From assembly GCA_045589295.1 (NCBI GenBank), contig JAZNOU010000002.1, positions 88,801 through 152,800 on the forward strand: 64,000 bases of DNA, read 5' to 3'. This document shows, piece after piece, positions 1 to 8,236 of this stretch. This stretch comes from Clostridia bacterium (GTDB lineage Bacteria; Bacillota; Clostridia; RGIG6154). A program made the translations under genes and the position numbers. Numbering within the stretch: position 1 is the first letter of the stretch; each line of letters starts with the position of its first letter. The notes under the pieces were generated by a model that was given only the letters and a program-made list of their open reading frames with translations, was not told where the DNA came from and ran no database searches.

Positions 1-186
1 GTGATTGCTGTGATTGTGATTGCGACGATGACGATGTTTATGAATTTGAATGTGATAAATGCGGCGAAACAATTTTCGTTGACGGAAGCCTTTTAGATGA
101 AGATGAAGAAATTCTTTGTCCAAACTGTGGTGAAGAAATTTCTCTTGAATTTGATGATTGCGACTGCGGTTGCTGCGATCACGAAT
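1..186 (+). CDS. C-terminal fragment of a small Cys/Asp-rich zinc-ribbon-like protein (CxxC-x17-CxxC, then CDCGCCDHE); the 5' end lies outside the window
   Basis: Open frame from the window edge to TAA at 184-186; paired CxxC motifs; strong terminator directly downstream. Confidence 0.35.
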
Positions 187-200
187 AATAATTAAGTTAA

Positions 201-233
201 AAAAGCACGTGCATATTTGCACGTGCTTTTTTG
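201..233 (+). terminator. Rho-independent terminator (AGCACGTGCA-tatt-TGCACGTGCT followed by TTTTT)
   Basis: Perfect 10-bp inverted repeat with a U-tract, seen directly. Confidence 0.8.
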
Positions 234-304
234 TATTATTTGGAAAAGCTTACAAATTTTTCTTTATTTTTCTTTGTTTTGTTGACTTTTTTTGGTTTTG
301 CTAT

Positions 305-333
305 TGACTTTGGTTGTAAAGTGGTGTAAAATA
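305..333 (+). promoter_or_regulatory. Sigma-A-type promoter P1 for the GRE operon (TTGACT-17-TAAAAT, AAAGTGG immediately upstream of the -10)
   Basis: Hexamers and spacing read from the sequence; about 30 nt upstream of the HAD gene RBS. Confidence 0.5.
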
Positions 334-361
334 TAGTTGTATTATTATCGAGGTATTATAT

Positions 362-1099
362 ATGAAACTGATTGCAAGTGATTTAGACGGAACTCTTTTG
401 TTAAAAGGAGAGAAAAAACTAAATAGCAGAGTTTTAAAGTCTTTGACAGCGCTTAAATCTTCCGAGATTGATTTTTCAGTTGCGTCAGGCAGAACATATG
501 GCGAACTTATAAGAATTTTTGACGGTTTTTTAAGAGATACATATTTTATTTCATTTGACGGAGCACTAGTGGTTAAAAACGGGGAAAATCTGTATGGCAG
601 TCCTTTTTCAAAGGAGGATTTAAAGCTTATAAATAAGTTTGATGAGTTTGTTTTGCATGGCAAATTTATGACTTATGTGAAATCTCGTTATCCTTATTTT
701 ATAAGAAAGATAAAAAAACAATACAATGGGCACGTGGTGCAAATTTCTGATGTATCCGAAATAAAGGATTGTACTTTTAAGTTGGTTTTGTATAAAAATT
801 TCAGAACGCTGGAAAAACTTCCGTTTGATATGGTGTATAAGGACAATACCTTGTGTGAGTTTGTAAAGCAGGGGACAAACAAAGGAGTTGCTCTTAAAAA
901 TATTTTAAGCGAACTTAAAATACAACCCGAAGATTGTGCTGTGTTCGGCGACAGTGAAAATGATAAAGAGTTTTTAAAAGTTTCACAAAACAGCTTTGCA
1001 GTTAAAAACTCAAAACACGAGATAAGAAAGATTTGCAAATTCTATACTGATGATATTTCATCGACAATTGATATGTTAGTTAAGGAGGCAACAAAATGA
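362..1099 (+). CDS. HAD-superfamily hydrolase, Cof-like (IIB) sugar phosphatase
   Basis: N-terminal DLDGTLL motif and a 245-aa Cof-type layout with C-terminal GDSxND; GAGGT RBS; stop overlaps the GRE start (ATGA). Confidence 0.85.
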   Translation: MKLIASDLDGTLLLKGEKKLNSRVLKSLTALKSSEIDFSVASGRTYGELIRIFDGFLRDTYFISFDGALVVKNGENLYGSPFSKEDLKLINKFDEFVLHGKFMTYVKSRYPYFIRKIKKQYNGHVVQISDVSEIKDCTFKLVLYKNFRTLEKLPFDMVYKDNTLCEFVKQGTNKGVALKNILSELKIQPEDCAVFGDSENDKEFLKVSQNSFAVKNSKHEIRKICKFYTDDISSTIDMLVKEATK

Positions 1100-3627
1100 A
1101 AAAATTTGATTTTGACGGCATTTTAAAAAGTCCTAGAATTGACCGTTTGATTGATAATTTGTTTGTGAAAATGCCGGAAATTGAAGCAGAACGTGCGGTG
1201 CTTCTTACCGAGTCCTATAAGCAGACTGAAGGAGAACCAATTATTTTAAGACGTGCAAAAGCATTTAAAAATATCTGCGAAAAGCTTCCGCTTACAATTC
1301 GTGATGAAGAACTTATCGTAGGTGCTGCAACAAAAGTTGCACGTGGTTGTCAGGTGTTTCCTGAGTATTCTTTTGAATGGCTTGAAGAGGAGTTTGATAC
1401 AGTAGAAACAAGATCTGCAGACCCTTTCCACATTTCTGAAGAAACAAAAGCAACTTTAAAAGAAGTGTATAAGTACTGGAGAGGAAAAACCACCAGCGAT
1501 CTTGCTACTTCATATATGTCGTCTGCGGCATTAAAGGCAATTGAGCACAATATCTTTACACCCGGGAATTATTTTTACAATGGTGTAGGTCACGTTACAG
1601 TTGATTATAAGAAAGTTCTTGAAGTAGGTTACAAGGGCATTATGGCAGAGGCTAAAAAGGCTTTGGCAGAATGTGATGTTGCGCAGTCTGATTATGCATC
1701 AAGAAGTGCATTTTTAGAAGCAGTAATTATAAGCTGCGAGGCAGCAATTACCTTTGCAAAAAGATATTCAGAATATGCTTATCAGCTTGCACAGAATACC
1801 GCAGATGCTACAAGAAAACAGGAACTTTTAATAATTTCAGAAAACTGCGCAAATGTTCCTGAAAATGGTGCAAAATCATTCTATGAGGCTTGTCAGTCAT
1901 TCTGGTTTGTTCAGCTTCTTATTCAGACAGAATCAAGCGGGCACTCAATTTCACCTGGTCGTTTTGACCAGTATATGTATCCTTATTATAAAAAGGATAT
2001 TGATGCAGGCAAAATCACAAAGGAGTTTGCTCAAGAGCTTATTGATTGTGTTTGGGTTAAACTCAACGACTTCACAAAGGTAAGAGATAAAGCATCGGCA
2101 GAAGGTTTTGCAGGCTACAGTTTGTTTCAGAACCTGATTGCAGGCGGTCAGACTCCTGACGGAAGAGATGCCACAAACGACCTTTCATTCATGACAATTG
2201 AAGCAACTATGCATGTGCTTTTGCCACAGCCGTCGTTCTCTGTAAGGGTATGGAACGGAACTCCGCATGAATTTATGATTAAAGCGGGTGAACTTACAAG
2301 AACAGGTGTTGGTCTTCCTGCTTATTATAACGACGAAGTTATTATTCCTGCTTTAGTAAACCGCGGTCTTACTTTAGAAGATGCAAGAAACTACAACATC
2401 ATCGGTTGTGTTGAGCCTCAGTGTCCTGGCAAGACAGATGGATGGCATGATGCAGCGTTTTTTAATATGTGTAGAATTGTAGAGCTTGTTTTCTCAAACG
2501 GTGTTGATGAAGGTGAGAAAATAAGCGTTGACACAGGGAATGTTGAAGACTTTAAAACATTTGAAGAATTTTTTGATGCTTACAAAGCTCATATGAATTA
2601 TATGATAAAGCTTATGGTTAACGCAGACAATGCTATTGATATGGCACATATGAACCGTTGTCCGTTGCCATTCCAGTCATGTATGGTGGCTGACTGTATC
2701 GGCAGAGGCAAATCAATGCAGGAAGGTGGCGCGATTTACAACTTTACAGGTCCGCAAGGATTTGGTATTGCTAATATGGCAGATGCTCTTTATGCAATTA
2801 AAAAGCTTGTATTTGATGAAAAGAAAATTACTTTGGCTGAATTTAAAGAGGCTTTAAAAGATAACTACGGAAGAAGCACAGACGAAAAGCAGGCTATGAG
2901 CATTACAACTGAAATTGTGAGACAGATTGTATCTGCAGGTCAGACAGTTTCTGAAGAAAAAATTGCTGAAATTTACAAAATGGTTGCCGCAAGTGGTGGC
3001 GTAAGCGAAGAGAAAAAAGCAAAATATGATAAGCTTCTTGAGATGATTGATGCACTTCCTAAGTTTGGTAATGACAACAGTGAAGTAGATGCTTTAGCGA
3101 GAGAAGTTGCTTATACATATACAAAGCCATTGGAACAGTATAAAAATCCAAGAGGCGGAAGCTATCAGGCGGGATTATATCCTGTGTCTGCTAACGTTCC
3201 GCTTGGCGCACAGACAGGGGCAACTCCTGACGGAAGGTTTGCTTGTACCCCTGTGGCAGATGGTGTATCGCCTTGTGCAGGCAGGGATGTCAACGGACCT
3301 ACTGCGGCTGCAAACTCTGTTTCAAAGCTTGACCACTTTATTGCATCAAACGGAACGTTATTTAATATGAAGTTCCATCCGTCAGCTTTAAAAGGAAGAG
3401 CGGGTCTTGAGAGCTTTGTTTCGCTTATCAGAGCCTACTTTGACCAGAAAGGCAGTCACATGCAGTTTAACGTTGTAAGCCGTGAAACACTTCGCGATGC
3501 ACAGAAGAATCCTGAAAAGTATAAGAGCTTGGTTGTTCGTGTTGCGGGATATTCTGCACTGTTTACAACACTTTCAAAATCACTTCAGGATGATATTATT
3601 AACAGAACTGAACAAGGTGGATTTTAA
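1096..3627 (+). CDS. Glycyl radical enzyme, PFL2/diol-dehydratase family; probable B12-independent 1,2-propanediol dehydratase of the microcompartment
   Basis: 843 aa; GCVEP thiyl-radical loop; C-terminal RVAGYSALF glycyl-radical motif; directly followed by an activase and BMC genes. Confidence 0.85.
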   Translation: MKKFDFDGILKSPRIDRLIDNLFVKMPEIEAERAVLLTESYKQTEGEPIILRRAKAFKNICEKLPLTIRDEELIVGAATKVARGCQVFPEYSFEWLEEEFDTVETRSADPFHISEETKATLKEVYKYWRGKTTSDLATSYMSSAALKAIEHNIFTPGNYFYNGVGHVTVDYKKVLEVGYKGIMAEAKKALAECDVAQSDYASRSAFLEAVIISCEAAITFAKRYSEYAYQLAQNTADATRKQELLIISENCANVPENGAKSFYEACQSFWFVQLLIQTESSGHSISPGRFDQYMYPYYKKDIDAGKITKEFAQELIDCVWVKLNDFTKVRDKASAEGFAGYSLFQNLIAGGQTPDGRDATNDLSFMTIEATMHVLLPQPSFSVRVWNGTPHEFMIKAGELTRTGVGLPAYYNDEVIIPALVNRGLTLEDARNYNIIGCVEPQCPGKTDGWHDAAFFNMCRIVELVFSNGVDEGEKISVDTGNVEDFKTFEEFFDAYKAHMNYMIKLMVNADNAIDMAHMNRCPLPFQSCMVADCIGRGKSMQEGGAIYNFTGPQGFGIANMADALYAIKKLVFDEKKITLAEFKEALKDNYGRSTDEKQAMSITTEIVRQIVSAGQTVSEEKIAEIYKMVAASGGVSEEKKAKYDKLLEMIDALPKFGNDNSEVDALAREVAYTYTKPLEQYKNPRGGSYQAGLYPVSANVPLGAQTGATPDGRFACTPVADGVSPCAGRDVNGPTAAANSVSKLDHFIASNGTLFNMKFHPSALKGRAGLESFVSLIRAYFDQKGSHMQFNVVSRETLRDAQKNPEKYKSLVVRVAGYSALFTTLSKSLQDDIINRTEQGGF

Positions 3628-4418
3628 TGGATAAGGATTTTTACAATGTAAAAGGGCGAATTTTTGACATTCAGAAATTTTCGGTTCATGATGGTCCTGG
3701 TATAAGAAGCATTGTGTTTTTAAAAGGCTGTGCGCTAAGGTGCAAATGGTGTTGCAATCCTGAGTCTCAAAGTTATGACATACAGCAGATGAATATGGAT
3801 GGTAAAATTAAAACCGTGGGACGTGATGTTACTGTAGCAGAAGTAATGGATGAAGTGCTAAAAGACTTCCCTTATTTCAGACGTTCGGGTGGAGGAATAA
3901 CTCTTTCTGGCGGCGAGTGTTTGCTTCAACCTGACTTTTCGGTGGCTCTTCTAAAGGCAGCAAAGTACAACGGAATTTCTACAGCTATTGAGTCTACTGG
4001 GTTTGCTAAATATGAGGTTATTGAAAAATTGCTTCCTTATTTAGATGTTTATTTGATGGATATAAAACATATGAACAGTGAAAAACACAGGCTTTTTACA
4101 AGTCAACCAAATGAACGGATTTTGGAAAATGCGGTGAAAATAGCACAGAATGCAAAAAAACTTATAATAAGAGTTCCGGTTATTCCGACGTTTAATGATA
4201 CCGTTGAAGAAATAACTGATATTGCAAGATTTGCAAAAAGTCTTAAAAATGTTGATGAAATTCATCTTCTTCCTTACCATAGATATGGAACAGACAAGTA
4301 CAAGTGGCTTGGAAGAAAGTATGAACTTGAAAACATCACTTCGCCGACCGATGAAAAAATGCAGGAGCTTTTAAGAGCAGCAGAAGCTGTAGGGTTAAAT
4401 GCTCAGATAGGAGGGTAA
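3627..4418 (+). CDS. Glycyl-radical enzyme activating enzyme (radical SAM), short PflA-like form
   Basis: CALRCKWC = CxxxCxxC radical SAM motif; 263 aa; no additional Cys-cluster insert; TAATG overlap with the GRE stop. Confidence 0.9.
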   Translation: MDKDFYNVKGRIFDIQKFSVHDGPGIRSIVFLKGCALRCKWCCNPESQSYDIQQMNMDGKIKTVGRDVTVAEVMDEVLKDFPYFRRSGGGITLSGGECLLQPDFSVALLKAAKYNGISTAIESTGFAKYEVIEKLLPYLDVYLMDIKHMNSEKHRLFTSQPNERILENAVKIAQNAKKLIIRVPVIPTFNDTVEEITDIARFAKSLKNVDEIHLLPYHRYGTDKYKWLGRKYELENITSPTDEKMQELLRAAEAVGLNAQIGG

Positions 4419-4419
4419 T

Positions 4420-4788
4420 ATGCAGGATATTTCAATGCAGGATAAAATGAGAATAGTGCAAGAGCTTGTTCCGGGTAAGCAGATTACTCTTGCACATATT
4501 ATTGCAAATCCGGATCAGGTTTTGTATAAAAAATTAGGACTTGACCCTCAGGTTGAGTATTCAAAATCGGCAATTGGAATTATTACACTTTCGCCAAGTG
4601 AAACTGCAATTATAGCAGGTGATATTGCGATAAAGGCGTCAGGAGCAGAGCTTGGATTTGTTGACCGCTTCAGCGGAACACTTATCACAACAGGAACTGT
4701 ATCTGAGGTAGAGGCTTCGATGAACGCAATTTGTGATTATTGCAAAAACAAGCTTGGTTTTACAATTTGTGAAATAACAAAGACCTGA
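4420..4788 (+). CDS. BMC shell protein, PduU/EutS family (circularly permuted BMC-H)
   Basis: 122 aa; PduU/EutS-like sequence; GGAGGG RBS. Confidence 0.75.
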   Translation: MQDISMQDKMRIVQELVPGKQITLAHIIANPDQVLYKKLGLDPQVEYSKSAIGIITLSPSETAIIAGDIAIKASGAELGFVDRFSGTLITTGTVSEVEASMNAICDYCKNKLGFTICEITKT

Positions 4789-4825
4789 TTTTCTGGAGGG
4801 GTTTTACATTAAAAGAATAATTTTT

Positions 4826-5233
4826 ATGGGCAGAACCGGCAGCGGAAAAACATCAATTACGCAGGCGCTTAAAAAACAGCCTGTAAAGTATAAAAAGACT
4901 CAGTACATAAATTATTATGAAGCAATTATTGATACTCCGGGTGAATATGCCGAAAATGCTCACTTAGGAAGGGCACTTGCTCTTTATTCTTATGAGGCAG
5001 ATGTTGTTGGACTTTTGCTTTCTGCAACAGAAGAATATTCGCTTTTCCCGCCAAACATTACTTGCCTTGTAAATCGAGAGGTTGTAGGAATTGTGACAAA
5101 AATTGATAAACAAAATGCAAATCCTGACAGGGCAAAAAAATGGCTTGAGCTTACAGGATGCAAAAAAATATTTTTTGTAAGTTCAAAAACTGGTGAGGGA
5201 ATAGAAGAATTGACTAATTATTTGTCAAAATGA
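4826..5233 (+). CDS. PduV/EutP-family small GTPase (BMC-associated). The true start is probably non-canonical ATT at 4808, giving MKRIIFMGRTGSGKTS
   Basis: GxxGxGKTS P-loop; in-frame upstream extension IKRIIFMG matches the EutP N-terminus and lies 7 nt after GGAGGG. Confidence 0.8.
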   Translation: MGRTGSGKTSITQALKKQPVKYKKTQYINYYEAIIDTPGEYAENAHLGRALALYSYEADVVGLLLSATEEYSLFPPNITCLVNREVVGIVTKIDKQNANPDRAKKWLELTGCKKIFFVSSKTGEGIEELTNYLSK

Positions 5234-5240
5234 AAATAAA

Positions 5241-5260
5241 ACCACAAAAAACCACAAAAA
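5241..5260 (+). repeat. Tandem 10-bp direct repeat ACCACAAAAA x2 (helically phased A-tracts) upstream of promoter P2
   Basis: Seen directly; could be an UP element, a bent-DNA element or a regulator (DeoR) site. Confidence 0.5.
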
Positions 5261-5284
5261 AATTAAAAAAACAACATATTTTTG

Positions 5285-5318
5285 TTGACAAAACAAAGAA
5301 AAAGTGGTACTATTATAT
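5285..5318 (+). promoter_or_regulatory. Sigma-A promoter P2 for the aldolase/shell operon (TTGACA-17-TGgTACTAT, extended -10; shares AAAGTGG with P1)
   Basis: Hexamers and spacing read directly; about 55 nt upstream of the aldolase RBS. Confidence 0.55.
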
Positions 5319-5375
5319 TGTAAACAAATATATTCAAACATAATATACAATTTCAAGAGAAAAGGAGAATAGATT

Positions 5376-6188
5376 ATGACTTCAGAATTTGAAATCAAAA
5401 AACAAATTTGTGACATCGGTAAGAGAATTTACAACAGAGGCATGGTTGCTGCAAATGACGGTAACATTTCTGTTAAGCTTTCCGACAATGAATTTTTGTG
5501 CACACCTACAGGTGTAAGTAAGGGCTTTATGACACCCGAGTACATCTGTAAAGTTGACAGAGACGGTAATGTTATCCAGGCAAATGGTAACTTTAAGCCT
5601 TCTTCTGAAATCAAAATGCACATGAGAGTTTATCAGCAGAGACCTGATGTAAAAAGTGTTGTTCACGCACATCCTATTTACGCAACAAGTTTTGCTATTG
5701 CAGGCATTCCGCTTACACAGCCTATTATGCCTGAAGCAGTTATTGCACTTGGTTGCGTTCCGATTGCTGAGTACGGCACACCTTCTACAATGGAAATTCC
5801 TGATGCTGTAGAAAAATACTTGCAGTATTATGATGCAGTGCTCTTGGCTAACCATGGTGCACTTGCATATTCTGATAGCTTACTTGCAGCATATCACAAG
5901 ATGGAATCTTTGGAATTTTATGCAGAGCTTCTCTTTAAAGCAAAACAGCTTGGTGGCCCAAAAGAATTGTCAGAAGAACAGGTTCAGAGACTTTACGAAA
6001 TCAGAAGACAGTTCGGTATGACAGGTAAACATCCTGCAGACCTCTGCCCAAATGCTAAAGACGGAAAAACAAGCTGCCATTCATGCGGCGGACACTGCGG
6101 CGGACACAAAGCTGCTACAATAAGCGGGGCAGATGCTGATTTGGTTGCATCAATTACAAAAAGAGTAATGGAACAGCTTGGCAAATAA
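5376..6188 (+). CDS. Class II aldolase (L-fuculose/L-rhamnulose-1-phosphate aldolase family) with a Cys/His-rich linker and a C-terminal encapsulation peptide
   Basis: Class II aldolase core (HAHPIYATSFAIAG); C-terminal tail CPNAKDGKTSCHSCGGHCGGHK followed by amphipathic DADLVASITKRVMEQLGK; AAAAGGAG RBS. Confidence 0.85.
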   Translation: MTSEFEIKKQICDIGKRIYNRGMVAANDGNISVKLSDNEFLCTPTGVSKGFMTPEYICKVDRDGNVIQANGNFKPSSEIKMHMRVYQQRPDVKSVVHAHPIYATSFAIAGIPLTQPIMPEAVIALGCVPIAEYGTPSTMEIPDAVEKYLQYYDAVLLANHGALAYSDSLLAAYHKMESLEFYAELLFKAKQLGGPKELSEEQVQRLYEIRRQFGMTGKHPADLCPNAKDGKTSCHSCGGHCGGHKAATISGADADLVASITKRVMEQLGK

Positions 6189-6212
6189 TTGCACTTTGAA
6201 AGGAGCAGTTAT

Positions 6213-6686
6213 ATGAATGAGCAAAATATTTCTTCTTTGGTAGCTGCTGCAATTAAAGACGTGATTTTAAACTCTTCTTCCGAAATGAATCTCGACAAGG
6301 CTAAGAAGCTTGCTTTAATTGTTGAAAACGAAGCAAAAAGGATTGGGGTTAAGGCAGTGGTTGCAATTTCCAATTCGGGAGCAAGACCTGTTTTGGTTGA
6401 GTGTATGGATGATTCTTATATAGCAAGTTATGATGTTGCTTTTAACAAAGCCTACACTGTAGTTGCACTCAAAATGCCAACTTCAAAGCTTAAAACTTTG
6501 AGCCAGCCCAACCAACCACTTTACGGTATACAATTTACTAATCAAGGACAGATTGTTATTTTCGGCGGTGGTGAGCCACTTTATAAAGATGGTAAGATAG
6601 TTGGAGGCCTTGGGGTAAGCGGCGGAACCGAAGAACAAGATACCTACCTTGCTGAGTTTGGTGCTAAAGCATGGGAGGAACTTTAA
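6213..6686 (+). CDS. DUF336 / GlcG / PduO C-terminal-domain-like (heme-binding-like) protein
   Basis: About 157 aa with GGG.P and GVSGG motifs typical of DUF336; AAGGAG RBS before the ATG at 6213 (the track start at 6189 is TTG). Confidence 0.7.
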   Translation: MNEQNISSLVAAAIKDVILNSSSEMNLDKAKKLALIVENEAKRIGVKAVVAISNSGARPVLVECMDDSYIASYDVAFNKAYTVVALKMPTSKLKTLSQPNQPLYGIQFTNQGQIVIFGGGEPLYKDGKIVGGLGVSGGTEEQDTYLAEFGAKAWEEL

Positions 6687-6687
6687 A

Positions 6688-8217
6688 ATGACCGAACTAA
6701 AGAAAAAAGCTCTTGAAATTGCAAAGAGCAAATCCAGTACGGTTGTTGAAGTTTTTAGAGAAGAAAAACAAGAGTTTATTTATTATCTTATTGAAAACGG
6801 CGGATATTTCGCAAATGATAATGAGATAAAAAGGCTTGAAACACATGCAGTTACAAAAGCTGACAATTTAAATGCTGTGTTGTTTAAAATGAAAGCAATT
6901 ACAGCATACGACCACAAGTTTATAATTTATGATGCCGACAAGGCATATTTAGACGGGTTTAATGTTCCAATGGTTGGAATTAAAACCTTAAAAAAAGAAA
7001 AAAGGAGCGCTGAAATGGATATTAATCAGGATAAAATTCAGGCAATAGTTCAGCAGGTTCTGTCCGAAATGGGAGGAAATGCAAAGCCGGCTCCAAAGGC
7101 AACAGGTGGCGCAATCCCCAAAACAAGCAGGGCGGCAATGCTCACAAAGCTTGAAAATTACGAAATAAAAGAGTTCCCTATTCCTGAGCTTGGCGACGAT
7201 GACATTTTAGTTAAAGTTGAAGGTTGCGGCGTTTGCGGAACCGATGCACACGAATTCAAACGTGATCCCTTTGGTCTTATCCCACTTGTTCTCGGTCACG
7301 AGGGCACGGGCGAAATTGTAAAGATGGGTAAAAACGTTAAAAAGGACAGTGCAGGAAAGCCACTTAACGTTGGCGATAAAGTTGTTACCTGTATGATCTT
7401 TAAAGACAATCCGGATATCACAATGTTTGATTTAAACAAACAAAATGTCGGCGGTGCAGATGTCTACGGACTTCTCCCTGATGATGACATTCACTTAAAT
7501 GGTTGGTTTGCAGACTACATAGTAGTAAGAGGCGGTTCTACAGTATTTAATGTTAGCGACTTAGACCTCGATTCAAGAATTTTAATTGAACCTTGTGCAG
7601 TTTTAATTCACGCAGTAGAACGTGCTAAAACAACAGGAATTTTAAAATTCAATTCAAGAGTTGTTGTTCAGGGTTGTGGACCTATCGGTCTTATCTGTAT
7701 CGCGATTCTTCGTACAATGGGTATTGAAAATATCGTTGCAGTAGATGGCGAACAAAAAAGACTTGATTTTGCAAGAGAAATGGGCGCGACAGGTACAGTT
7801 AACTTCAAAGACCACAAGGGTATTGAAGCACTTACCGGTGCAGTAGAAAACGAATTTGGCGGATACTTAGCTGACTTTGCATTCCAGTGCACTGGCTCAC
7901 CAATTGCTCACGCTAACATTTACAAGTTTATAAGAAACGGTGGCGGTCTTTGCGAACTCGGTTTCTTTATAAACGGCGGCGACGCTACAATCAATCCACA
8001 CTTTGACATTTGTTCAAAGGAAATCACAACAGTAGGTTCTTGGGTTTACACTTTAAGAGATTATGCTACAACATTTGATTTCTTAAAGAGAGCAAAAGGT
8101 ATCGGACTTCCGATGGAAAAGCTCATCACTCACAAGTTCCCACTTGACCAAATCAATGAGGCTCACATCACAAACCTTAAGATGGAAGGCCTTAAAATAG
8201 CAATAGTAAATGATTAA
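6688..8217 (+). CDS. Zn-dependent MDR-family alcohol dehydrogenase, fused in frame to an uncharacterised ~109-aa N-terminal domain and an internal encapsulation-peptide-like helix; a possible second start lies at 7015
   Basis: GCGVCGTDAHE and GHEGTGE Zn-ADH motifs and a GxGxxG Rossmann fold; GGGAGG RBS before ATG 6688; internal AAAAGGAG + ATG at 7015 followed by MDINQDKIQAIVQQVLSEMGG and a Pro/Ala-rich linker. Confidence 0.8.
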   Translation: MTELKKKALEIAKSKSSTVVEVFREEKQEFIYYLIENGGYFANDNEIKRLETHAVTKADNLNAVLFKMKAITAYDHKFIIYDADKAYLDGFNVPMVGIKTLKKEKRSAEMDINQDKIQAIVQQVLSEMGGNAKPAPKATGGAIPKTSRAAMLTKLENYEIKEFPIPELGDDDILVKVEGCGVCGTDAHEFKRDPFGLIPLVLGHEGTGEIVKMGKNVKKDSAGKPLNVGDKVVTCMIFKDNPDITMFDLNKQNVGGADVYGLLPDDDIHLNGWFADYIVVRGGSTVFNVSDLDLDSRILIEPCAVLIHAVERAKTTGILKFNSRVVVQGCGPIGLICIAILRTMGIENIVAVDGEQKRLDFAREMGATGTVNFKDHKGIEALTGAVENEFGGYLADFAFQCTGSPIAHANIYKFIRNGGGLCELGFFINGGDATINPHFDICSKEITTVGSWVYTLRDYATTFDFLKRAKGIGLPMEKLITHKFPLDQINEAHITNLKMEGLKIAIVND

Positions 8218-8236
8218 TTTTAGGAGGGTATAAATC

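Noticed and set aside
301-1038. Minus-strand ORFs 301..663 and 694..1038 from the six-frame track
   Set aside because: They lie entirely antisense to the well-supported HAD hydrolase gene, are low-complexity, and have no RBS. Similar antisense ORFs elsewhere were also rejected: 1246..1550, 4041..4280, 5382..5855, 11736..12185, 34130..34510, 35706..35963, 44464..45243, 51673..52254, 55305..55739, 61424..61705, 63396..63647.
6649-6690. ADH-fusion frame starting at 6649 (MLSLVLKHGRNFK...)
   Set aside because: The first 13 codons overlap the DUF336 gene's 3' end and have no RBS. GGGAGG at 6674-6679 sits correctly for ATG 6688.
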